From Nymphaea colorata (taxonomy: Eukaryota), in NCBI RefSeq assembly GCF_008831285.2, contig NC_045138.2, positions 39,866,001-39,930,000 on the forward strand: 64,000 nucleotides of DNA, written 5' to 3'. Made by a program: the position numbers and the translations under genes. A model generated the notes under the pieces. It ran no database searches and was not told the DNA's origin. It saw only the letters and a list, made by a program, of their open reading frames with translations. Positions 36,837-48,417 of this stretch are shown one piece after another. Numbering within the stretch: position 1 is the stretch's first letter; every line of letters begins with the position of its first letter.

Positions 36837-38507
36837 TTAAGAGTCCCAAATTGGACCAAACGCCGGAACTCCTGCATTCTTGCATGTGTTTACCACGTCC
36901 CTGCTGCCTTCTGGGTTGCTTGTCACGATCACAACCTCCGGGCTCCATTTCTCGGCTGCTTTCAGCACCAACTCGGCGACGTTCGGCCGACCGAGAACCG
37001 CGGTGTCGTGGATGATCATCTTCTCTTTAGGGTATGAGTTCACCATGGACATGATCTCCTCTCCAAAGTTCTGCTCCATCCCTTTGGCTACCCACACCAA
37101 GTAAACATCAGCCTGGCTCCGCTGAAGAAGGAAGGAGAGAAACACGCAGAGACCCGACCCTGTGGCCACTAGGAGCACCCTGTTGTACATGTTCACAAGG
37201 TAGGGCAGGCCAGCGAAGTGCACCCCGCGAACCCAGAGTTGGCTCGGTGGGTTCGAGACCAGGCCCCTGGTGAAGTCCCCAACCGCACCAGCCAGCATCA
37301 TGTGCTCTTTCTTCCCGTCGGATATGATTCCGAAGGCATGCCAATCGGAGAGCGGCGACCGAGCTATCCGGCCAAGGATTCCGGCCTTCATGCCGCCGGG
37401 GAACTTGACGATGCTTGCATGGTTCGTCGGTGCATGGACCCTCACCGCCACTCGTTTCACAGTGAGCCATGGAAGGATGATAAGCACGGTTATGGCGAGG
37501 GTGAACCAGAACTCCTGGGTCTTGATCAGCTTGGAAGAATTAAAAGAGTACGAATTGGAAGATAGCTGGTAGGAGACAGTAAGAAAGACGAAGGCCCAGA
37601 CGAGAGCGAGGGCAGTCCAGCCGGCGAACCGGTGGATTCCTTCGAACACATTATGGTGGAGGTGGCGAACCAGGGGGAAGGCAGCCAAGGCAGAGAGAAA
37701 CAAGAGAACAAGTATGGTGAAGGCCACTCCGAGAGTAGCCGAAGATGTGTTGCTTCGATCTTTGAGAGAAAGAACGAGAGCATAGACGAGCCAGGCGATA
37801 GAAGCGACGCCGCAACTGCTGTGTATACCTCCGAGGGATTGCAGAAGGGAAGTGGTCGCGGTTTTCAGGCTCAGGGGAACCCACGGCCTCCCCAACAACT
37901 TCACCGCCAGCCAGAAAACGATTCTCAAGAATGCTTCGCTTCGGCAGAGCGTTAGGGCGAAGATGTTGGCGACTGAGAAGAGGGCGGCGCGGTTTCTCGC
38001 GTAAGGAAAGTTTCCGGTGGCCGCCAGTATTAACATGACGAGATTGATCGTCAAAGAGACGACGAAGAGGCGCTTGTAGACTGTGAACAAGCCTTGGTCG
38101 AGCAGTATAACTGAGAGCCTTGACGACGAGGCTTTCCGGGTTGCTGCATTCGTTTGCTTCGCTCCAGCAACAGTCACTGCGAGCGGTTTGTCTTCGGCAA
38201 TATTCGCCGGATTCTCTAAATCGACGATGACAGCCTGCTCATGATCGCCTTCGTCGTCTACGAGTTGATCAGCTTCCACGTCACAGAAGTGGCTGCTGGG
38301 TCGGCTCAAGGAGCGGGCAACGGCGCTTCCGAAGGGAAACACCTGGCTAGAGGTGGAGGTGAACTTAGTCGGAAGCCATGCCGACCGGCCGTCGGTGTTA
38401 TCCACCGGCGGGTTGGTGGAGAAGGGGCTATTCCTAGGTGGTGTGATCTCAAAGGACACACCTCGGCAGCTGGAGAACCTTGCAATCGCTTCCTGCTGGT
38501 TCTCCAT
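36837..38507 (-). CDS. Intronless ferric-reductase/NOX-fold membrane flavocytochrome, copy B, 556 aa, ATG start
   Basis: Intact ORF (ataATGgag); ~32 aa differences from copy A counted by eye; same motifs. Confidence 0.9.
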   Translation of the reverse strand: MENQQEAIARFSSCRGVSFEITPPRNSPFSTNPPVDNTDGRSAWLPTKFTSTSSQVFPFGSAVARSLSRPSSHFCDVEADQLVDDEGDHEQAVIVDLENPANIAEDKPLAVTVAGAKQTNAATRKASSSRLSVILLDQGLFTVYKRLFVVSLTINLVMLILAATGNFPYARNRAALFSVANIFALTLCRSEAFLRIVFWLAVKLLGRPWVPLSLKTATTSLLQSLGGIHSSCGVASIAWLVYALVLSLKDRSNTSSATLGVAFTILVLLFLSALAAFPLVRHLHHNVFEGIHRFAGWTALALVWAFVFLTVSYQLSSNSYSFNSSKLIKTQEFWFTLAITVLIILPWLTVKRVAVRVHAPTNHASIVKFPGGMKAGILGRIARSPLSDWHAFGIISDGKKEHMMLAGAVGDFTRGLVSNPPSQLWVRGVHFAGLPYLVNMYNRVLLVATGSGLCVFLSFLLQRSQADVYLVWVAKGMEQNFGEEIMSMVNSYPKEKMIIHDTAVLGRPNVAELVLKAAEKWSPEVVIVTSNPEGSRDVVNTCKNAGVPAFGPIWDS

Positions 38508-38931
38508 TATGTGTGCTCAGCCCTCTTGCTTTTCTTTGCAGGGTAGAACAACTCTCCTGATTTTTGGTGAATGAAGGGCTTGGGTGATGAGCGCCCTCTG
38601 GTTTTACTTCGCAGAGTAGAACAGCTCTCAAGATTGATGGTGAATGAAAGAGTTGGTTGGTGCTGGGATGTAATTATAGTGGCGCTCAGCAAGGACTTCG
38701 TCGTCAAGTGTCGTTGTGGAAGACCGAGACGACCACCGGCTCTGCAACTTTAACAAGTCAATGGATCATCTACTCAGGAAAAGTCAGTCCGACGCGGATT
38801 CAGAATTTGGTCGTAGAAATGAACGTCGAGGAAAGTCGGAATTAATGTCTGCGGGTTCCATTAATTTAAGAACAGTTTAGCAGGTTTTGTGAAAGCTTCA
38901 AATTTGAAAATGTCAACTTCTATGTTATTCC

Positions 38932-39169
38932 GGGTGAGCAAGGGGTATTAATCCCACCGCCCGAAAAAGGCCCGAAGGCCCCCCCATTCCCCCTGCCTCC
39001 GGGGTCCTGAGCTGCGTCGGTGTCAGCGATAGCAACGGTGCACCCTTCAACTTAGATGTCGCGCCCTACCGCCTTAAGACACAGGAACATAACGCCCACG
39101 GGAATCGAACTAGAGACCTGCCTTAGTACAGGCCCCTAGCTCAACCAGCTACGCTATGCCCCTTGAGGC
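38932..39169 (-). mobile_element. tRNA-derived SINE in the copy B upstream region
   Basis: Minus strand: box A-like TAGCTGGTTGAG (39140-39151) and box B GTTCGATTCC (39101-39110), then a GC-rich body. Second copy at 15295; absent at the matching site of unit A (~27910). Confidence 0.72.
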
Positions 39170-39725
39170 ACGTAACACGCGTGAAAGCAACTTTTTTATT
39201 TTGGGCAATGATTTTGACTTTTCGAATTGAAATGGGCGAAAATAGTTTTATTTGCTTCAATTTTTAGTTAGTTTTAAGTAAGTTAAGAGAGACTTAACAA
39301 GTCTTTACGTTATCAAACAACCTCGTAAGTACACAAATTAATATATCTTTGTTGTTCTTTCAAAGATAATGCTTGTCCTTGAAGCTTACTTGTTGTTTAT
39401 TTTTAATCATAAGTTTTGTTAACTTGAGTTGCTTTCCCTTTGCTTGTCATGATATTTCAAAAGTAAAAGTAAATTTCTAGACGGTGTTGCATGCGCCATC
39501 CATGCACATGCACCAAATTAGTGCATTGTAGCCGTTTTTAAAATGAAATGGACATTTTGGAGTTTCATATTTTCTACGTTATCTTTTATCTTTATAGGAG
39601 GACTTTTTTCCTTCATAGATCGGATATGTTTACGTCATTTTATGGTCAGGCATAATGGTTTGGAGTGTTCCCCTATGTTTAGAGTCTGTATAGTCCACCT
39701 AACACGAAGGGTGATGCATATAGTT

Positions 39726-39988
39726 AATCAGCTTCCATATTCTTCACATTCAAGACATACAGTTTTCCACTCATTAACCATTATTTATCTTCCAAGTAGC
39801 TTTGTCAATGTATAAAAATGTTATGCTCAAAACAAATGGGTCTATAATTATCTTGCTAATCAGCTTCCATATTCTTCAAATTCAAGTCATACAGTTTTCC
39901 GCTCATTAACCATTATTTATCTTCCAAGTAGTTTTGTCAATGTATAAAAATGTTATGCTCAAAACAAATGGGTCTATAATTATCTTGC
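39726..39988. repeat. ~131-bp tandem duplication
   Basis: taatcagcttccatattcttca...ctataattatcttgc occurs twice; single copy in unit A at ~28325-28420. Confidence 0.92.
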
Positions 39989-42900
39989 ATTGAATCCCTA
40001 CAATGTCTACTCATTATATTGTAAACTAGGGGTCATAAATGCACAAGTTTAAGCACGGCAAAAGAGACATCTCAAGGCACCAAACAGACTGTTAGGTGAA
40101 GGCTTTGGTCTTTTTTGAATGGTGGGTTAAACCTCACTCATCCGAAATAATACATGGTCAAGCACCCCATAAGAACAAGAGTGGAAAGTCTAAAGAATCA
40201 AATGCACTCTCTCTTCTGTGCTTCAGTTAAGAATAACTTCACTTTTTTTTTTTTTCCCAAATGTTTGTATAAACAATCCAAGCCATAAAAGGCTTTCTCT
40301 TCGCCTCCAAGGTTATGTTTTACTTGCACCGAAGCCTAGTCGTGAATAGAGCATCGCCAACTTAATGATGCCATGCTCTTCCCCATGCGGTGAAGTGAGG
40401 AACATATGACTCATGAGAAACCAGGCAAAAACTTCGGCTTGCAATCCAACCGGACAAGGCAAATTTTACTTGTCCTTAACGAGATTGTATCTGTCCGTGG
40501 TGATATAATACAGGACAATATAAGTTGTATCATTTGCTTTCAGTTTCCAATAAATAAAAAAAAAATGAAATTATAATTTTTAAATTTAAAAGATAAAAAA
40601 TATGGTCTGCAATAAAGCACGTCCACGAATATTATTGACAGAATGATCGTTTTAACTATTTTTTCTTAATTATTTATCCAGGCAAAGGAAATATCCTTCA
40701 TTAAATTATGGCGCTCAAACATCTTTGGAGTGATTTGGTGCATTAATGGAACACTTTTCCTATATGACTCCAAGGGAGCGGAAAAGAACTTGCATTAGCC
40801 GAAACTAAAGGCATTCAAAGAGTAACGAGCTCAAACAAAAAAAACAACAACAAAAAAATAAGCGGCAGAGGAGAAGCAAGAAACGGAATGCAGCAAGCGG
40901 CAGAGGAAAAGCAAGAAACGAAATCCAGCAGCCAGAGAGGGCGAGAAACAAGTAGGTAGATCCTTGTGCTTGAACAATCTATCTAGAACAAATAGAAGTA
41001 ATGCAACCTTCAAATGAATGGTCGCGATGGGATGCTTTAACAAGTTCACAATTTTTTTCTTGCTTCTCTTTCAATGTGGGAAGCATGGTGGAGATTAGCC
41101 GTCATGGACAGAATGCCACATAGGTGTCCTACACTTGTTTGTTATATTGCATACGCTGTACGCAACCATCGAGATCTAAAAGAAGAAAATAATGTTCGAC
41201 CGAAACTTTGCAAAAGAGTCCGGATAATAACAATGATCGAGAGTGATCAGATCTACCTCCTAATATTGACTACGTATTTTGATTTTATATCTGATCCTGC
41301 TGGTGCCTTGAGCTCTTCTCATGGCAATGGCAGCGTGAGCCCTGTTTCAAGCTGCCCATTGTTGACCATCAAGTTCAAAACTTGTCTTTATATTGTCAAA
41401 CCGGTAAATGGTCTACGGCGGCTTGGTTTTAGTGCGGTGGCACCAAGCTACAACTGGGTTTAGATCAACGCTCATTCGGCAACTGCGACTTGTCTGGTGT
41501 GTCCCTTTGCGAAATAAGATTAGGTGTATGGAACCGTTGAATTTATGTGAGTTAGCGTCCAAATCAAGTTTGGACTTCATTGTCATTTCTTCTGCTGCTA
41601 TAATATTTTAAGGTTTGAGATTTTAATAAGAGCCGTACAGATCTTTCGATAGTTTATTTTGTTTTTGTCAAATTCATTGAGCTAGTAGCTTATGCAAAGA
41701 GTTGTATTCACGGATGCACAACGAGTCAAGTCAACTCGGGCTCTACTCGAACTTATCCACGTAAGCTCGAGCTCAAGTTATAAATGACTCGAGTTCAACT
41801 TACATGAGCTCGATTTGTTTAAACTCCACTAGGCAATTTGTTAATCTTCAAGTTTATGTTGCTATGTTTTGACGAATTTTAATACCTTTTTTGTACTTTT
41901 TCATTTTCATTTGAAATATATATATATATATATATATGAATCAAGTGACACACACTTACCAGTCGAGCTCAATCTCGCCTCATAAAGTTCCACTGGAGCT
42001 GGAGTCGAGTAATATGTGACTTGAGCGGAACTCGAGCTTGGGTCGCTGTTGTATAATCTTAGCAGTGCTGTATTATATATGAAGTTTTTTTGTTATTTTT
42101 CCTTGTGGAGTCCTAGGCCATTCTCATAGCTCGGCTTTGAATTAAAGTCTTCGCCCAAGAAGCTTCCCTGCAGTTTCCTTTCTTTTCCTGGCAAAGAAGA
42201 AGAAGGTAGCAGAGGGGTGACCTTGGATCCGTTGGATCTTGATCTGATCTGTGTTTAATTTGGTCATTTTTACTCTGTGTGGGTTTTGAACTTGGATGTC
42301 ATCGCAAGATCCTTGTTAGATTAGGGTTTGCTCATAACTATTTATATTAAAGTTTGTGTGTTTTTTCAGCAGCTTGAATCGATGGTGCTCAATTAATGAA
42401 ATTTTAGTGGGTTTTTTAACCCCTTTAGCTTTAAGAGTTTTCTCTAGACTCATGGCTGAGTAAACAGAGATCTAATTTGCAGTAAAACTGAGACATGAAA
42501 TCTGAGTTCACATTATTCCATGGAGCAAAACTGAATGTAAGGCAGAGAAGCTTGCAGTAATTGCAATTGGGAATCAAAGTTACAGAATGAAAAGAAGACT
42601 TAAAATTTGTTGCCAAAAATTGCAAGCTGCGAATACAATGGGAAACCCATCAGTTCTTCCACACTCTACGACACATTTCACAAGTCATAATTGGTTGTGG
42701 CTTAATGGATCTGTTCTTGTGGGCCATGGAGCAGAAACACGGCAGCCGCATTCGCAGTCAACCTCTAGGAAGCATTGCAGAGAAGGGAAGAAGGGACGGT
42801 ATCTGCTTGGCATCGTTTCACATTCGCCAGATTAGGATCATTGTGTAACTCATTTCAGACAACAACATGAACAGTTTTTCGCTTGTGGTTGAAAGCTGTT

Positions 42901-44932
42901 TTCAAGTTTCGAAGACTCTTGATCACCAAGTTTGAATTCAGTTATCACGCAGCTTAATCAAGCTTCCGGATACATGGTTGTGTTGTCATAAGTCTTCATG
43001 AGCAAGACTCGATCTTCTTGTGGAAACCAGTTTTCTCGGACAACACCTTAGGGAAGTGAGAAAAAATTGAATCTGTGGGCCTTCAAAATAAGGTAGAGGC
43101 GAGAAAAGTGTGAGTCTCACTTGTCCAGCTCAAACTTGATTTTCTCACCAACCTGTTTCGATGTTTGTTTAATTTCCTAGGAAAATATTAGGCTCTTGTA
43201 TACTTGATTTACATTTTCCCGTCTTTCAAGCCAATATGTAAATAAGAAAAATTACCTCAAAGTATCAATATGAAGATAAACATTTTTTGCGGCCTGAAAG
43301 GATAATAATGATCGACACATTGCCCCCACACCTGCCTTCGGCTCTGGCATAAGTTGACTTGATCCCGGGTCGAATCAGCACGGCCAAGTCTCCCACCATG
43401 CAAGTGGTTGCTTGGTGCTCCAGGAGATAGACTCTCTATCTTTATTATTTTAACATGAAATGAAATGCATCCTCCCAGTAGACTTTAAAAAGCAGGACTC
43501 AGAAAATGGAATGCGACCAAAACTGATCGTTTTAATTATCACAACTTTTGAAACTGAACGCGACACGCATACACCTACCACAGAGATGCGCGTTCTCGTC
43601 GTAAAACAGAATTAGCAATTTCTTCCTGACCCGATCATCATTAACATGTATTGAAGTTTGAAATTGAGTTATTATAGAAGCACTAATGAATGAAACATAA
43701 GTGTAAGAAATCTGGACGGACTTAACAGCTTTCTAGGTGCTTATTTTATCTTAAATTGTCATGACTTAAAAAGTCTTTCAATGATAATAACATGCTTTCT
43801 TAAAGGAACGTGATGAACTCCACTTATCGCTCTCTTAAGTAAAAATAAATATGTCTAGCGACCTGACATCCGGCCCGATTCAAGACCCGTTTAATTGGTG
43901 AATCAAAAAATGATGCAGTGCCTCATCTGCTTCTAGATCAAAGTACAAAAAGTCAGTGGTGGAGCCAGAAAAATTGATTGGAGGGGCAATTGTTTAAAAA
44001 TACTTTAATATGGTGGGACACTTATATATATATAAGGATAAATATTTAAGATTCTCATTTAAAAATAAAGAACTGTTGAGAGACTGGTATAAGCAGTGGC
44101 TACCCATTGCAAAAAGCCCGATAAGATGCCGACCAATCCACATTACATTTGCATGCGAGTATCAAGCTAGTCGATCTGAATTGGCTTGGCTGCAGGAAAT
44201 CAGATCTGATTGGGTCGGTTCAGGCCACATAAATTCCCATCAAGTTAATCTGCAGGTCTTCATATCTTCCATAATAAGTAAAACAAAGTCCTTTATATAT
44301 TTTTAACCCTAAAAATAATGTTTGTTTATTGAAAAAAAAAACACATGAAATACATACATACTGAAATTCTCCCACCATCCAGTAAAAATCATATCGGGTG
44401 GTATGTTGTAAGAAGCTGGACCTTCAAGTTGAGCCCAAATCTTCACATGTAGGCAATGATAGCCATAGAATATGAGAACAGGCAGTGCACAAGTGCAACT
44501 GGTTATGACAATGGTTGGTAGGCTGTCAGTTGTTGTACAGGATAAGTCTTTCAGGGGGCGCGACTGCTAAGTCAAGAAGATGCATGGGACGATATTATCT
44601 GATCAGTGGGCCGGCCGAGCCAAAAATTTCTAACTAAGGAGCATTGTTAAACTTTGAGAAGCACTTATATATAAATAAAAATTAAAGAGGTAACCTGTAC
44701 AATACAGAAATGGCCCACAGCAGCCCACGCCTATCTCTATCTGATCAAGCTAAAACCTGTTTATTAAAATTTCCTGCGGATAGTTGAGCAGCTAGCAGCC
44801 TAGCACTTACAAAATTTACAAATTAATGAAGAACAATTATGAAGCACCAATTCAGTATCTTTCTTTTTCTTTCTTGATTTTGCGAAGTTCGTGTCAACCA
44901 TTTTTATCAGGAAAGGTCATGGCAAACATTAT

Positions 44933-46855
44933 TCACATATCAATCTCGCGATCCATCAAGATCCACCGTCCATCCCCGCCCTTCACCATCCCCTTGTTCT
45001 TCTCAACTCTCCATGCCGCCGGAACGAGAAGCTCATCCTTCAAGGCATCAATGCGCTTGTTCACCAGTGCGACATCACGGTCCACTTCGAGACTGAAATC
45101 GTCACTGTCCTTCCCTTGGGTTCCCGCAACGCCATGAAGATATGCTTCCAAGTTGTGCCAAGTGAGAAAACTACCAGGACTCTTCAGATAACCAGATTTT
45201 CTAGTATCAATCGACAGCTCATCACCAACTTCTTCATAACTAATTGGTGGGTAATCTGGAACTACATCAGGCTGGTTTCTAACGCGTAATAGCCGCAAAT
45301 TTTCCGTCCGGTCGAATACCTGCTTGAATCCGGCGTCCCCGACTCTCGGGCATGCGAAGACGATGGCGGTCACCGGAATGTGTCTGTTGGGATCGGCTTC
45401 AATCGTGTTTATGCCATTAGCAACCACGTCTATTGCACTGAGAGTGCTGATAGCAGCTCCTAAGCTATGGCCGGTCATCGTTATGCTGATATCTTCATTC
45501 TTATACAATTTCACCAGCCTACTGATCTCCATCAAAACCTGGAAATGTATGTGGTGGATTGTAAAATTGATCAGTTATATTCAAGAAAAAGGAACGCAAA
45601 GAACACTAACCAAATTCCATAGATTACTCAGGCTGTATGATTTCATCAACCCCAATGTACACATGCACATTTGTATAAACGGGATGGATGAATTGTTTTT
45701 TTTTTCGTATCTAAAAACAGAAAAGTAAAGAAAAATCATTTAGCCTCTAGATAGGGCAGTAGTGTAAATTGGGATTCTTGAACTTGAACTGCATTAACAT
45801 CAACAATGGTAGTGGTGTACCCTTTTCAACTTAAATGCGGTCCACCACCTTAAGTTGACAAGAAATATTCGTTACCTCATAGAATCAACACAAGTTTTTG
45901 CGAAAAATTCAAACTGAAATTGGTAACAATATGCAGAATGTTCTGGCTTCAACTCAGCCTGTCTATCAAAGAATATATCAAAATAAAAGCGAGAGATCAC
46001 TTCAAATTTTTTTGAATCAAGGTACATATTTTGTGCAGAAATTGCAATTTGAAGCTCCACTTTCTTCTACTTGAAATAAGTTAGACGTGCCATTCTCTTT
46101 CACGTGTTCCACAAACTGGGCACTTTCCTTTTAAAAGGTGAAAGCGTGTATCTTGTGAACATTAGTTGTTCAATGTTCATTGTTCAACATGGTCGTGAGA
46201 GTACCTGATCCCTAGCACTTGTTATGTTGAACGGAGACTTTGCATCGGCAGATGTATATACGGAGAGCCATCCATGATGAACTTTGGCATCTTCTCCTTC
46301 CTTCAGTATTGGCCTCAACAGACTTGCCGCCGACTGTAGGTTGAACTGAAAATCCGTCATCCACTCCATCATCCTCTTCGTCCCTCTCCATGCAACCACA
46401 ACGTCCCTCCTCCCCAGTACAGATTTTCCGGCGTCCGTCGCCACGGCGACGTAGCCAATCCAGTTGGACTCTTTGCTCCATGATTCCCTCGACAAGGACT
46501 TGATCAACAAAGATTCAGGAAGAAGAGTGCTTGATGTGGCATAGACAAATTTAGTGACCTCATACATAGATGCACCGGCCACACCGCACTTGGCGAGAAA
46601 ATCGCGTTCGGCATAGCGCGAATTGCCGGCGAACCGGGAAGCCGGCTCGGTGATGAATGCATCATATGTTGCCTCAGCAAGCTCACCATAATGGATGATC
46701 GAACGGCGAATTTTGATTTCCAGAGGCTCAAGAAGGCCTTTCCAGTATGTGAGGCCATGAAGGATTCTCCACTGGTCAGGTACCCTAGCCAACATGATGG
46801 GTTCACAATGACTTTCATCCTCAGCCTGCCTTACCTTGCTGAGACGCAAGCCCAT
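44933..46855 (-). CDS. Phospholipase A1 class II (DAD1-like lipase_3, PLA1-II/DSEL-like), 2 exons, ~418 aa
   Basis: Exons 46855-46205 and 45538-44933 (phase 0, GT-AG). [55 protein letters not shown]. Alternative ATGs at 46879 and 46795; TATAAAT at 46891-46897 (minus strand) favours 46855. Confidence 0.93.
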
Positions 46856-48254
46856 GGCTTCTACCAAATAAGTTGGCATCTAATGGATCAATTTATAGTG
46901 CATGCTACTTTAATAACAAAATTAACTGCATAGTTCGCGTGACGTAGAATAATACAATTGGTTGCTTCCAAAATCATTTTTTGTGTAATTTTCTATATGG
47001 AATTGCATGCTGTCACGTTTTGACGTGAACAGGATTTGCATTTACCTTCGATGCATGAAGATATTATTCGAAGATGCTCAATTCATGACCAATGTTATTG
47101 TTAGAATCTACTTGGAATGGCACCATTTTCAAAAGGGCCTGTATCTAATAAGATGAATTTCTTGAACTACGTAAGAACAGAGTTCCCGGCATTAAGGTTC
47201 TTATTCTTCACCAGGAACTTCGATGGTGGCTCTTCATCTCTGAAAATTTATCAACAAACAGATTAGCAAAGGTCGTGTAGTGGGATGAGCTTTGGTTGTA
47301 ACTTCGAGCAATTAGATTAGATTGTGATGGTTATCATCCCTTGTGTTCAGTGACAATACTTCCTAATGTGGAGGACCTGTACTGGCCTGTTTTTTATTTC
47401 TTAATAACTTTATAAAGGTAAAGTGGAAAACGAAAAAGGAAATGAAACTTCCTTAGTCAAGTTGGTGTAATAGGACTTACTATAAGAAGTTGTTTGAGAA
47501 GAACATCATTTCAAGCATATATTTTCATAAACAATACATTAAATGTTTAATTTGGCTAAGGCACTTGGTTCCCAAGACGTGTTCATTTCGGTTCATTAAT
47601 GGAGGAACAATCCCTGCACTTTCGTGTGCACGAACCTTATTTCATAAGAAATGGGTGACGGAAACAAACTTCCTCAACAGTCAACAAGAGGGCGCAATGA
47701 CATTAATGAAGCATGCATTCTGTTAGTTCTTCTGAAGTTTGGGGAATCTGCAAAGATGCTCAATTTTCTTCCATAAAGTTCCTACTTTAGTGGTTCGTTA
47801 ATTGGATAGTGCTAAACGCTTGTTTACTTTGATGCTAAAATCTGGGCAAGTTCCGTTTTAGCGTCGTCCAAATGAGTCCAAGACGTCTTTGTTGCGTAGC
47901 TTCAGTATGAATTTATAGGTGAAATCTTATGGAAGAACATAATGTTTTTATCTACTTTCCTAAGATACGTTTTAATCTGCTATAGATAAGTTTCCTAGTA
48001 TTGAAGTTTTAACTTCTGTAAGTATGTATTAAAAGGTTGAATTATTTAATGATCAAATGGAATAAGATGGGGAACGAGATAAATTCGTTTTTGTTGGTTG
48101 TATTATTTATAACAAACATCTACCAATTATGAACAAAGTCTAGAAGCGAAAAATGATATGATTTCAAAATTCAAACTTCATGTGATGATAAATCGTAGAT
48201 TGTTTATTTGCGGGAAAAAAAAAAAAAAAAAAAAACTTCCTAGGAGGGGAGAGT

Positions 48255-48325
48255 GGCTGACTCACGTCCGAGAGCCTTCTCTGTCTCGCCACGCGTGCCG
48301 AGACGGACTGACACGTTTCAGACCC
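48255..48325 (+). promoter_or_regulatory. ABRE/CE3-like cluster upstream of the LEA gene
   Basis: tcACGTcc (~48262), ccACGCGTgcc (~48289) and gacACGTtt (~48310) lie within 160 bp of the ATG. Confidence 0.6.
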
Positions 48326-48417
48326 ACACCTTCCATGAACGCCTCTTAACTGTCGTCTCTCTCCGCTCTCCGCCATCAACTCTGCGGAGAACCAGAGAGA
48401 GAGAGAGAGAGTTGGGG

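Larger units (their letters stand above)
36650..42458. repeat. Direct segmental duplication, unit B
   Basis: Colinear with 25744-30917, plus a SINE and internal tandem duplications. Confidence 0.92.

Noticed and set aside
39095..39169. Functional tRNA gene
   Set aside because: Boxes A and B are present, but I could not fold a convincing cloverleaf, and the downstream body recurs at 15295, which fits a SINE.
262..46855. Specialised-metabolite gene cluster (acyltransferase, reductase, lipase)
   Set aside because: No scaffold-forming enzyme; TBLs act on wall polysaccharides; tandem duplication and old synteny explain the neighbourhood.
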